A stretch of 64,000 nucleotides of DNA, from assembly GCA_964646415.1 (NCBI GenBank), contig CAZYEL010000002.1:8538-72537 (forward strand), given 5' to 3'. The translations under genes and the position numbers were made by a program. Of this stretch, positions 54,132-62,510 are shown in pieces. The stretch comes from an uncultured Candidatus Saccharibacteria bacterium. Lineage in GTDB: Bacteria; Patescibacteriota; Minisyncoccia; UBA6257; 2-01-FULL-56-20. Position 1 is the stretch's first letter, and every line of letters begins with the position of its first letter. The notes below the pieces were generated by a model. That model saw nothing but the letters and a program-made list of their open reading frames with translations. It was not told the DNA's origin and did no database searches.

Positions 54132-54878
54132 TCATTCGCCAAGATATGCTTCCACCACCTCCCTCCTCGAGAGCACCTCATCCGGTTTCCCTTCCGCGAG
54201 AAGTTTCCCCGAATCGAGCACAAAAACGTAATCCGTGAGGCGGCGGATAAGCCCCATGTCGTGCTCCACCAAAATAATCGTTTTGCCCGCCGCTTTGAGC
54301 GCGCGGAACACTTCCGCCACCGTTTCCACCATTGCCGGGAAAAGTCCCGCGAAGGGCTCGTCAAAAAGATAAATATCCGAACGCATGGCATATGCCCTGG
54401 CAATCTCCAGAAGCTTTCGCTGTCCATAGGAAAGATTCACCGCAAGCTCGTTCCTCTTCTCCCAAAGCCCCACAAGCCGCAGCACTTCCTCCGCTTGCTT
54501 GAGGTGAAATTCGCTGTGCCGCTCAAACAACGCTCCGAATACGCCGCGTTCGGTGAGCACGAAGAGAATGTTGTCCAAGACGGGCATCTGCTCAAAGAGC
54601 CGCACATTCTGGAACGTCCGCGTGATGCCGTACGCGGGCAACTCCTGCGGCAAAATCCGCTTGAGCGCAACGCCGCTCACCACCACCGCGCCGCCGTCCA
54701 TGGGGAGAAGTCCGCTTATCACATTGATAAGCGTGGTTTTCCCCGAACCGTTCGGACCCACAAGCGCGGTGATGCTCCCCTTCTCTATTTTGAGCGAAAG
54801 GTTATCCACCGCGTACACTCCCCCGAAGTGCTTTGCAAGGTTCTTTATCTCAAGCGCGATCATGATATAACGATGCAA
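54132..54878 (-). CDS. livG: Branched-chain amino acid ABC transporter ATP-binding protein (LivG-like)
   Basis: Walker A GPNGSGKTT, signature LSYGQRKL, Walker B YLFDEP. Confidence 0.85.
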   Translation of the reverse strand: MHRYIMIALEIKNLAKHFGGVYAVDNLSLKIEKGSITALVGPNGSGKTTLINVISGLLPMDGGAVVVSGVALKRILPQELPAYGITRTFQNVRLFEQMPVLDNILFVLTERGVFGALFERHSEFHLKQAEEVLRLVGLWEKRNELAVNLSYGQRKLLEIARAYAMRSDIYLFDEPFAGLFPAMVETVAEVFRALKAAGKTIILVEHDMGLIRRLTDYVFVLDSGKLLAEGKPDEVLSRREVVEAYLGE

Positions 54879-54949
54879 ATATACTAATGCGTACTAATTA
54901 TACGAATCGGAATTCCTATTGGTATCATTAGCATGAATTCTCCGCCAGA

Positions 54950-54961
54950 GGCGGATCCGCC
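54950..54961. repeat. REP-like palindrome GGCGGATCCGCC in the livM-livG spacer
   Basis: The second copy of the 12-bp palindrome, nested inside ctccgcc...ggcggatccgcc...cggagg. Confidence 0.6.
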
Positions 54962-54994
54962 TTCGGAGGAGTATATTAATATTAGCATCGCGTA

Positions 54995-55876
54995 TTAGAA
55001 TTTATACTCCCCCATTATTCCCTGCGGCCTGTATAACATAAAGAGAATGAGCGCCAAGCCATAAACCGCCTGCTGCATATTCGCCGCAATGCTTGCAGGA
55101 AATCCCGCAAAGCGCAGCGCTTCGGGAAGCAGTATAAGGATGAGCGCACCCACGAGAGACCCCCGGATGTTCGCAAATCCCCCAACCACCACAACGGCAA
55201 GGACAAGTACCGAAGTCATTACGTCAAAAGTAGAAGGGTCAATGAACGCGAGGTATGACGCGAAGAGTGCTCCGGCAAGTCCCGCACACGCGGCAGCAAT
55301 GCCGGACACCGCAACTTTATACGCAAGCGTATGATACCCGAATACGCGCGCCGCCTCTTCATCTTCGCGAATCGCTTTGAGCACTCTCCCGAACGAGGAA
55401 GATACGACTCTCCGTGCAAACCAATACACCATACCCAGCAAAATAACGGTGAGAAAAAGAAATAAAATCGGCGTACCAATCCGTATCCCCAGAAAAGTTA
55501 CGGGCAGCGAGAAGGGGCGGCCGATTCCCGGGATTCCCAGCGGTCCATTCGTAAGACTTTCCCAATTCACGAATACGCTCACCACAAGATAGTTGAACGC
55601 TATGCTTCCAAACACATAGTAGTCGCCCCCCAGCCGCGAGAAAACCCACCCGGCGCATGCTCCTATCACCGCCGCGATCAATATTCCCGAAAGAGCGGCG
55701 AGAAAAAATCCCATGCCGAGCTTGGTCATAAGAATTGCCGCTGCGTAGGCGCCGATGCCGAAAAATGCCGCATGCATTACGGACACAAGACCGGTGAATC
55801 CCACAACCAAATTCAAGCTGACGCCTAAAATGGCGTAGATGGAAAATAAGGTGGCGAGGTGGATAAAATAAGACAT
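54995..55876 (-). CDS. livM: Branched-chain amino acid ABC transporter permease (LivM-like)
   Basis: About 8-9 transmembrane helices and the Liv permease family pattern. Confidence 0.8.
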   Translation of the reverse strand: MSYFIHLATLFSIYAILGVSLNLVVGFTGLVSVMHAAFFGIGAYAAAILMTKLGMGFFLAALSGILIAAVIGACAGWVFSRLGGDYYVFGSIAFNYLVVSVFVNWESLTNGPLGIPGIGRPFSLPVTFLGIRIGTPILFLFLTVILLGMVYWFARRVVSSSFGRVLKAIREDEEAARVFGYHTLAYKVAVSGIAAACAGLAGALFASYLAFIDPSTFDVMTSVLVLAVVVVGGFANIRGSLVGALILILLPEALRFAGFPASIAANMQQAVYGLALILFMLYRPQGIMGEYKF

Positions 55877-55929
55877 AACAAATTACAAAATCCAAAATCC
55901 AAAATCCCAGCTTTGATATTTGAGCTTTG

Positions 55930-56799
55930 TCATTTGGATTTTCCTAAGATTCCCTGCGGTCTGAAAATCAAAAATAGCGTAAGCAACCCGAATGCAATCG
56001 CTCCCTTCCACTGGCTTGGGATAAACCAAATTGCAAAGTTTTCAACAAACCCCAGGAGAAACGCCCCGAGCACTCCTCCCGCCATATTCCCGATACCGCC
56101 CACAATGGATGGAATCGCCCCTTCTATCACGATGAATAACCCCATGTTCGGCTGGATACCGGTGTCCATTCCCACAAGCACTCCCGCAAATCCCGCGAGC
56201 GCGGCACCCAGAAAAAATATCCAAGAAATGACGCGATTGGTGTTTATTCCCAACATCTTTGCCACCTCCTCGTCATCCGAAAGCGCACGAATCACTTTCC
56301 CAAACATCGTAAAGCGCATCAGGAAAAACGATGTGACGCTTACCGCCAGGGCAAGCCCGATGATCCACAGCTGCACACCGGTAACGGATGCCCCCGCTAT
56401 CTCAAACACGCGCCCCCCTTGGGAATCGGAGAGCAGAAAAAACTGGCTGCTGAATATCACCGAGAGTATGGCTTGCGCAACAGTAAACAGCCCAAGCGAT
56501 GCAACAAAATGTGCCAGGGGTTTCGCGCGCCGCTTCCGCAGCGGCTTAAACACAAATATATCCGAAAGCGCCCCGGCAGCACCTCCGGCAAGCGTTCCCA
56601 AAATCATGCTCGGCAAGATTCCCCACCCCATCCCCCGCAACACGAAAAACGCTCCATACGCGCCCACGGCGGCGTAGCTCCCGTGCGCCATGTTAATGAA
56701 CCGTGTCGCTCCGAAAATAAGATTGAATCCGAGCGTGATAAGCGTATATATCGCTCCCGCAATCAGGCTGTTCGCGACAAGCTGGGCGAAAATGTCCAT
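55930..56799 (-). CDS. livH: Branched-chain amino acid ABC transporter permease (LivH-like)
   Basis: A polytopic permease with the typical LivH architecture. Confidence 0.8.
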   Translation of the reverse strand: MDIFAQLVANSLIAGAIYTLITLGFNLIFGATRFINMAHGSYAAVGAYGAFFVLRGMGWGILPSMILGTLAGGAAGALSDIFVFKPLRKRRAKPLAHFVASLGLFTVAQAILSVIFSSQFFLLSDSQGGRVFEIAGASVTGVQLWIIGLALAVSVTSFFLMRFTMFGKVIRALSDDEEVAKMLGINTNRVISWIFFLGAALAGFAGVLVGMDTGIQPNMGLFIVIEGAIPSIVGGIGNMAGGVLGAFLLGFVENFAIWFIPSQWKGAIAFGLLTLFLIFRPQGILGKSK

Positions 56800-56880
56800 A
56801 GAAAGCGTTAAGCTTTAAGTGATAAACGATAAGAAAAAACCGCGCATACGCAAGATTCAGTAATTCTAGCGGGTTATGAA

Positions 56881-56911
56881 GCAAAAAAGCAAAAGCCCCG
56901 CAGAATGGGGC
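56881..56911 (-). terminator. Intra-operon Rho-independent terminator or attenuator after the substrate-binding protein gene
   Basis: The minus strand reads gcccc-attctgc-ggggc followed by ttttgcttttttgc. Confidence 0.55.
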
Positions 56912-56957
56912 CTTTGCCACTTATCACTTATCGCTTCGCACTCAAGCAATATTCCTG

Positions 56958-58121
56958 CTATTTCTGCTCCGCCGCCTTCCCGTCCTTCACCACTTTCACG
57001 ATGTAGCTTGCACTTACCGGGTCGCCATTCGCATCAAATGCAACTTTCGCCGCAGAAACGCCTCCAGTGTACTCGGTTTTATAGAGCTCGTTCTTTATCG
57101 CCGTGGAGTCGGTTCCAACCTTCGCCATCACCTGCGCGAGAATCTTGATGCCATCGTACGCCCCGGGGCTGCATGCAATCACATTCTCACTCCCCGTTTT
57201 TTCTTTCATCTTCGCCTTAAACGCATCCGAGAGCGGGGCTGACACCACCGTGAACAAAGCTCCTTCTCCCGCAGCTCCCACATCGGTCCAAACCTTCGGG
57301 TCATCCCAAGCGTCCGCGCCAAAGAGTGGTACGCCAAGCTTCAAATCTGCCGCCTGCTTAATGCCGATAATTGAGTCTCCGGTATAGCCCGCGAAGTAAA
57401 CAATGTCGGGTTTTGCGGCTTTGATTTTGGTAATCTGCGTTCTAAGATCACGCACCGCCTGGTCATACCCTTCGCTCGCAACAACCGTACCTCCAAGCTT
57501 TACGAATGTATCCTTAAACACGCCGCTTACCCCCACCCCCCAATCGCTTTTCACATAGAGAACACCCACCTTCCGTTTCCCCAACGTCGCATAAGCGTAG
57601 TTTGCACCAAATGTTCCCTGAAGAAGGTCAGAGGGATAATCCCGGAAAATATAATCTCCCGCCTGCGTAACCGAAGGCGCCGAAGAGCAGTACGAGAGCA
57701 CCACGCGCTTTGCCTGCTCCGCCGCGCTCGCAAACGCCATTGTCTCGCCCGAGCAGGCACCGCCAAGAATCACCGGCACATTATCCGCATTAATAAGCTT
57801 GTTCGCCGCATCCGAGCCGTCTTTTCCATTACACCTCCCGTCTTCGTAAATCACCCGAAGCGGGCGGCCGTTTACTCCCCCGGCAGCGTTTACCTCTTCA
57901 AGTGCAATCTCCACTGCGGCTTTCGCGTTCTGCCCAAGATTCGCCGTGTCCCCCGTAAGCGGCCCGATAAACCCGATGGTTATGGGTTGCGCCACAGCCT
58001 GCCCGGGCGCCGCCGGACCGTTCGCCGTCTCCGGCGACTGGAGCAAGGCATACACCCCCGCAAGCACCGCTATGATAATTACCACTCCCAACACCAATCT
58101 TCCTGAACTGTTCATGTCCAA
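56958..58121 (-). CDS. livK: Branched-chain amino acid ABC transporter substrate-binding protein (LivJ/LivK-like)
   Basis: A signal anchor and the type I periplasmic-binding fold (Leu/Ile/Val-binding family). Confidence 0.8.
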   Translation of the reverse strand: MDMNSSGRLVLGVVIIIAVLAGVYALLQSPETANGPAAPGQAVAQPITIGFIGPLTGDTANLGQNAKAAVEIALEEVNAAGGVNGRPLRVIYEDGRCNGKDGSDAANKLINADNVPVILGGACSGETMAFASAAEQAKRVVLSYCSSAPSVTQAGDYIFRDYPSDLLQGTFGANYAYATLGKRKVGVLYVKSDWGVGVSGVFKDTFVKLGGTVVASEGYDQAVRDLRTQITKIKAAKPDIVYFAGYTGDSIIGIKQAADLKLGVPLFGADAWDDPKVWTDVGAAGEGALFTVVSAPLSDAFKAKMKEKTGSENVIACSPGAYDGIKILAQVMAKVGTDSTAIKNELYKTEYTGGVSAAKVAFDANGDPVSASYIVKVVKDGKAAEQK

Positions 58122-58260
58122 TATAAATATAAAATAGGTGACCTTTTATTTGCCTTCATTTTACTACCCTCCCAACATAGGATGCAAGCCTCCGTTCTTT
58201 TGGTAGTTTATGATGAAGTTTGCGGGCAACGCCTTTTTGTTTTACCATCTTCAATTGTAA

Positions 58261-58332
58261 GCGCGTTTAGCTCAGTGGCAGAGCGTTCCGTTCACATCGG
58301 AAAGGTCGCAGGTCCGATCCCTGCAACGCGCA
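58261..58332 (+). tRNA. tRNA-Val (anticodon CAC)
   Basis: Acceptor GCGCGTT/AACGCGC, D-arm GCTC-AGTGGCA-GAGC, anticodon stem TTCCG/CGGAA with loop TTCACAT, T-arm GCAGG-TCCGATC-CCTGC, discriminator A. No CCA is encoded. Confidence 0.85.
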
Positions 58333-58340
58333 CAAATAAC

Positions 58341-58370
58341 AAAAGAGCGGCTCCCGCCGCTCTTTTGCAT
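58341..58370. terminator. Bidirectional Rho-independent terminator (tRNA-Val on +, rplL on -)
   Basis: The hairpin agagcgg-ctcccg-ccgctct, flanked by aaaa and tttt. Confidence 0.6.
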
Positions 58371-58403
58371 TTCTGCGCCCTACTGCTTACTACATACCAC
58401 CTA

Positions 58404-58769
58404 CTATTCTATAACCGCCTTCGCCCCCGCCGCTTCGAGTTTCTTTTTTACTTCCTCCGCCTCTTCCTTCTTCAATCCTTCCTTCACCGTCTTCGGCGCG
58501 GCGTCCACCAAGTCCTTCGCTTCTTTGAGTCCCAGGCTCGTTACCTCGCGGATAACCTTGATGACATTAATCTTTGTCGCACCCGACTCCTTAAGCACCA
58601 CATTGAAGCTCGTCTGCTCCTCTACGGCGGCGGCCGGCGCGCCTCCGCCGGAAGCTACGGCGGCCGAAGCCGAAATACCGAACTTTTCTTCAAGCTTCTT
58701 CACCAACTCCGCAAGCTCAACCACGGTGAGCGTTTCCACCTTCGCAATGATGTCGTTAAGTTTTTCCAT
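58404..58769 (-). CDS. rplL: 50S ribosomal protein L7/L12
   Basis: The start [31 protein letters not shown], an Ala/Gly hinge and the C-terminal domain ...[18 protein letters not shown]. The start is trimmed from the track extension. Confidence 0.9.
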   Translation of the reverse strand: MEKLNDIIAKVETLTVVELAELVKKLEEKFGISASAAVASGGGAPAAAVEEQTSFNVVLKESGATKINVIKVIREVTSLGLKEAKDLVDAAPKTVKEGLKKEEAEEVKKKLEAAGAKAVIE

Positions 58770-58776
58770 GTTCTTT

Positions 58777-58859
58777 ATCAACGAATATCGAATGGATTGC
58801 GAATGACCCAATAAAACCTCGCAATTCGTAAATTCGTAAAATATTCGTTATTCGATGAT
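58777..58859 (-). repeat. Conserved leader element, copy B, ending 7 nt upstream of the rplL ATG
   Basis: Plus strand atcaacgaatatcgaatggattgcgaatg...ttcgtaaaatattcgttattcgatgat. Confidence 0.75.
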
Positions 58860-58877
58860 TTACCCTTACGACCTTTT

Positions 58878-59402
58878 CTAGGTTTTGGCCTGTTTTGATT
58901 TTTCCTGGAGCAAATACATAAATGAGCGCAACGGCGCCGCAAACATACCGAGAAGCTGGGCCAGCAAAACCTCGCGCGGCGGGAGCTTGCCGATGAAGAG
59001 CACCTGGTCCGCGCCTACAGGGATTTTTCCTTTCGCGTCATATGCGCCCAAGATGTGCTTCACCCACATTCCCTTCTCGCCCCCTTCCGGCACTTCAAGC
59101 TTCGAGAAAAAGTTGTACACGGGCCCGCTGATTTTCTCCATATTGCCCTTCGAGAAAATCGTTCCCACCGAGCCGCCGAACTGCTTCACATCGTATGCAA
59201 TCCCCTTCTCCTTCAAAAGCACGTTCAAAAGCCGCTTCTTGATGACAAGAAACTCGGCGCCCGCTTCGCGCGCCGCTTTCCGCAGCTTCTTCAGGTTCTC
59301 GTTCGAAACGCGCGAAAAATCCGCGAAGACGACTGCTTCGCTTTCCGCAAGGAGCTTCCGCCCCTTTTCGAGTTCCGATGCTTTTTGGGATTTGGTCTTC
59401 AT
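58878..59402 (-). CDS. rplJ: 50S ribosomal protein L10
   Basis: The L10 fold consensus (...AVVFADFSRVSNENLKKLRKAAREAGAEFLVIKKRL...). Confidence 0.9.
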   Translation of the reverse strand: MKTKSQKASELEKGRKLLAESEAVVFADFSRVSNENLKKLRKAAREAGAEFLVIKKRLLNVLLKEKGIAYDVKQFGGSVGTIFSKGNMEKISGPVYNFFSKLEVPEGGEKGMWVKHILGAYDAKGKIPVGADQVLFIGKLPPREVLLAQLLGMFAAPLRSFMYLLQEKSKQAKT

Positions 59403-59410
59403 GGTTCTCC

Positions 59411-59489
59411 ATCAACGAATATCGAATTGAGAACGAATAAACGAATGAATCTCATTCGCAAATTCGTACAATATTCGTTATTCGCTGAT
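59411..59489 (-). repeat. Conserved leader element, copy C, ending 8 nt upstream of the rplJ ATG
   Basis: Plus strand atcaacgaatatcgaattgagaacgaataaacgaatg...aattcgtacaatattcgttattcgctgat. A TATAAT box lies immediately upstream on the transcribed strand. Confidence 0.75.
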
Positions 59490-59633
59490 TATAAATAAAA
59501 ACAGCCCCCTCCAAAGGCCGTCCGAGAATGACGATGACTCGTCATATTTCCTCGGCGGGGCTTACTCCTTGCGAATGCCCGCTGTCTTTGGATTTGGGTA
59601 CTATAGCATGCGCCCCACCGACGTCAACCTCCC

Positions 59634-60251
59634 TTAATGGTTATGTTGCTTGATCGCAAACACATGCGTTTTTTCTGCCGGGGAATCCTCGGCGAGAAGA
59701 AGCAGCTCCGAATTTCCGAAGTGAAACATGGAGAGGACACGCTCCCACGGAAGGCCATAATACGCCGCATAGAGCATCTTCCCCATATCGCCATGCCCGA
59801 CAAGAAGCACGTTCCCTTCGGCGTGCTTCTCTTTCACCCAGTAGATTACCTTTCTGCTCCGCTCCATCTCTTCCGGGAATGTTTCCGCGCCCTGGGGATT
59901 GATGAAATAAACCACCGGGTCGGCTTTGATGATGTCGGGGGTGCACAGCTTTTCGATGTCCTGCACCCGCTTTCCCGTCATAACGCCGAAATCCCGCTCG
60001 GTGAGGTCATCAAGCACGACGGGCGCTTTCGCTCCCAGCCCCTCCGCAATAATCTCCGCCGTACGCCGCGCCCGTACAAGAGGCGAGGCATAAATCGCAT
60101 CAAACGGAATCCCCTGCGTTTTGATGTTTGCCGCAAGCCGCTCCGCCTGGGCCATACCGAGCTTCGTGAGCGGCGTATCGCGCCGCCCGTTCAAGATACC
60201 TTTCGCATTGTCCTCGTCCTGCCCGTGCCGGGCAAGATATATCCGAAGCAT
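59634..60251 (-). CDS. Histidine phosphatase (phosphoglycerate mutase family)
   Basis: The RHG motif in MLRIYLARHGQDEDN and the second catalytic His (LLVGHGDM). Confidence 0.75.
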   Translation of the reverse strand: MLRIYLARHGQDEDNAKGILNGRRDTPLTKLGMAQAERLAANIKTQGIPFDAIYASPLVRARRTAEIIAEGLGAKAPVVLDDLTERDFGVMTGKRVQDIEKLCTPDIIKADPVVYFINPQGAETFPEEMERSRKVIYWVKEKHAEGNVLLVGHGDMGKMLYAAYYGLPWERVLSMFHFGNSELLLLAEDSPAEKTHVFAIKQHNH

Positions 60252-60298
60252 GCAAGTAGCATAATGCATTTTGTGTCAATTTGGGATACACTCAAAGC

Positions 60299-61199
60299 AA
60301 TGGAAAAGCGGGATGTCTTGATTATCGGCGCGGGAGAACTGGGACGCGCGATAAAAAAAGTGCTTGCGGAAAAGCGGGTGCGTCCCGCGCTGTGGGACAA
60401 GACTCCCGGGAAGGTTCCGCATCAAAAACCTCTCTCCGCTACCGCCCCGCGCGCCGCAATTATTCTTTTGTGCGTCCCCTCGTGGGCGCTGCGCGAGGTT
60501 GCAAGAGGGATACAACCGTACCTCGCGCGCGGAGCGACCCTCGTCACGTTCGCAAAGGGGCTTGAGCATACCTCGCACGAAACCGCCGCGGAACTCCTTG
60601 CACGGCTCCTGCCGCAACAGCAAACCGCATTCATCGGAGGTCCGATGCTTGCGGAAGAATTAGAGATAAAGAAAGGCGGCATGGGCATCCTTGCATCAAC
60701 GAATGTGCGGGCGCGGACACAGGTGCACGAACTCTTCCGCGGAAGCTCGCTCCGCCTTGAGTGCATGGGCGACCCGCGGAGCACGGCACTCGCCGGAGTC
60801 CTCAAAAACATTTACGCAATCGGGCTTGGCATCGCGACGGCGCTCCAGTGGGGAGACAACCGCAAAGGCTGGTTCGCGAGTGCCGCGTTCCGTGAAATAA
60901 GCGGCATCCTGCGGGAACTCCGCGCCGCGCCGGACGCGGCGTACAGCGCTGCGGGCCTGGGCGATTTCCTCGCGACCGGTTACAGCGGCTACTCAAGCAA
61001 CCACCACGTGGGACTCGAACTTATCAGGAAAGGCCGCGCGGAACGCCGGAGCGAAGGCACGTATTCCCTCCCCACGGTACTGGTACTCCTCGGGAAAAAG
61101 AAAAGGCGCTATGTGATTCTCACCGCGCTTGAAGCGGTCACCCTCCGCCGCGCAGATGCCACGAAAGCGTTCGAGAAACTCTTCAGCGAAACGTGTTGA
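60299..61199 (+). CDS. gpsA: NAD(P)H-dependent glycerol-3-phosphate dehydrogenase
   Basis: The N-terminal Rossmann motif LIIGAGELGRA and the GpsA core (...KNIYAIGLGIA...). I set the start at the ATG giving MEKRDV; the upstream part of the track ORF is antisense to the phosphatase gene. Confidence 0.8.
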
Positions 61200-61473
61200 T
61201 GAGAACCCATTTCAAAACCCTTTCCGCGACCGCGTTCCTGCTGGTGGCGCTGATCCGGCAAGGCGCGACGAGGAAGCTGTGCTTCGTGCACTGCGACGAG
61301 GAGCAACACCGCCGGGCGGCACCATCAGCGGAACCCGAAGGGATACGGCGAATATTCGCGATGGTCTGCGTCGTTCCTCCTTGGAGTACCACAGGGGTAT
61401 ACCGTCGTCGTCACTTCTTGCCCTCACAAAAATTCGCTCGTATCGCGGCCGGAAGAGGGTTGTGAAATGGGTG

Positions 61474-61926
61474 CTACCTCCTTCGCAACGCGAGATACTC
61501 TTTTACGCCTGCAAGCCACCCGCCGGAAAAATAATCCTCCGGTTTGAATGTTTTGATATCCACCCACTGCATTTCGGTGTGCGCGGACGAAAGATGCGCT
61601 TCGCCCTCCTCAAGCTTCGCTTCGTACCCGATTGCGAATATCCGTACGAGCGGCTTCTCCGGCGTCGCCTCCACCCGCTCATGGCGCATAAACACCACTG
61701 GTTCCCCAATTGCATATGCAATTCCCTCGCCCAACTCCTCGCGCATTTTTCGCCGCAGAATATCTTCAAGCGGCGTCTTGAACTCGGCGGCGGTGATTCT
61801 CCCGCCGGGCAAGTCCCATCTGGCAGTTGCCGGACCGAATTTGTCTTTCAAAATCAAAAGTTGCCCCTCGCGCTCGAGGAAAGCCTTTACCGCGACGAAA
61901 TACGCGTCTTTGACAACAGGCGGCAT
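61474..61926 (-). CDS. NUDIX hydrolase
   Basis: The Nudix box GGRITAAEFKTPLEDILRRKMREELG. Confidence 0.75.
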   Translation of the reverse strand: MPPVVKDAYFVAVKAFLEREGQLLILKDKFGPATARWDLPGGRITAAEFKTPLEDILRRKMREELGEGIAYAIGEPVVFMRHERVEATPEKPLVRIFAIGYEAKLEEGEAHLSSAHTEMQWVDIKTFKPEDYFSGGWLAGVKEYLALRRR

Positions 61927-62505
61927 TTACGGAAATAGGATTTTCCTAAACTCCTCCTTTTTCTTCGCATCACACTTCGCGCGGAGCATGTAATTCTTGA
62001 ACTCGGCAGACATCCAGAAACGCGGGTCGTCAACCAAACCAAGAAATGCGTCAAACGAGATGAGGCGCGTGCCGATTTTCTCTCCTGCGTCGAGCTGCGG
62101 CTCGGCGGTTTTTGCGCAGTCGCGGGCGATGAAATAATACACGTCATGGAGTATCTTGCTGTTATCCCGTCCGTGCTTCATAAAAAGCGACCACTGCGCC
62201 GACGTGTAACCCGTCTCTTCAAGAAGTTCCCGCTTCGCCTCTTCAAGCGGGTCTTCTCCCTTGTCCGCCCTCCCGCTCGGCAAGTTTATGTTTCCCAGCC
62301 TGTCCGGCTGGTCCTGTTCCTCAATAAGAAGCTTGTCACCCACCGTCGCAAATACTTCGATAGTCGGATAACGCCACACCCTCTCAAATGTCCCGCTGGT
62401 CCCATCAAACAACTTCTGCTCCCACTGCCACACCTCGAAAATCTCGCCCTTAAACACCCGCTTGGCGTTTACGGGAAGACCTTCTCTTGGCGTAACATCA
62501 TTCAT
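61927..62505 (-). CDS. NUDIX hydrolase (ADP-ribose pyrophosphatase-like)
   Basis: The Nudix box PSGRADKGEDPLEEAKRELLEETGY. Confidence 0.75.
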   Translation of the reverse strand: MNDVTPREGLPVNAKRVFKGEIFEVWQWEQKLFDGTSGTFERVWRYPTIEVFATVGDKLLIEEQDQPDRLGNINLPSGRADKGEDPLEEAKRELLEETGYTSAQWSLFMKHGRDNSKILHDVYYFIARDCAKTAEPQLDAGEKIGTRLISFDAFLGLVDDPRFWMSAEFKNYMLRAKCDAKKKEEFRKILFP

Positions 62506-62510
62506 CGTTT

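Noticed and set aside
59637-60298. The 5' part of the 520-aa plus-strand ORF that runs into gpsA
   Set aside because: This part is antisense to the histidine phosphatase gene (59634..60251). The recognisable GpsA sequence starts at the ATG giving MEKRDVLIIGAG (60299).
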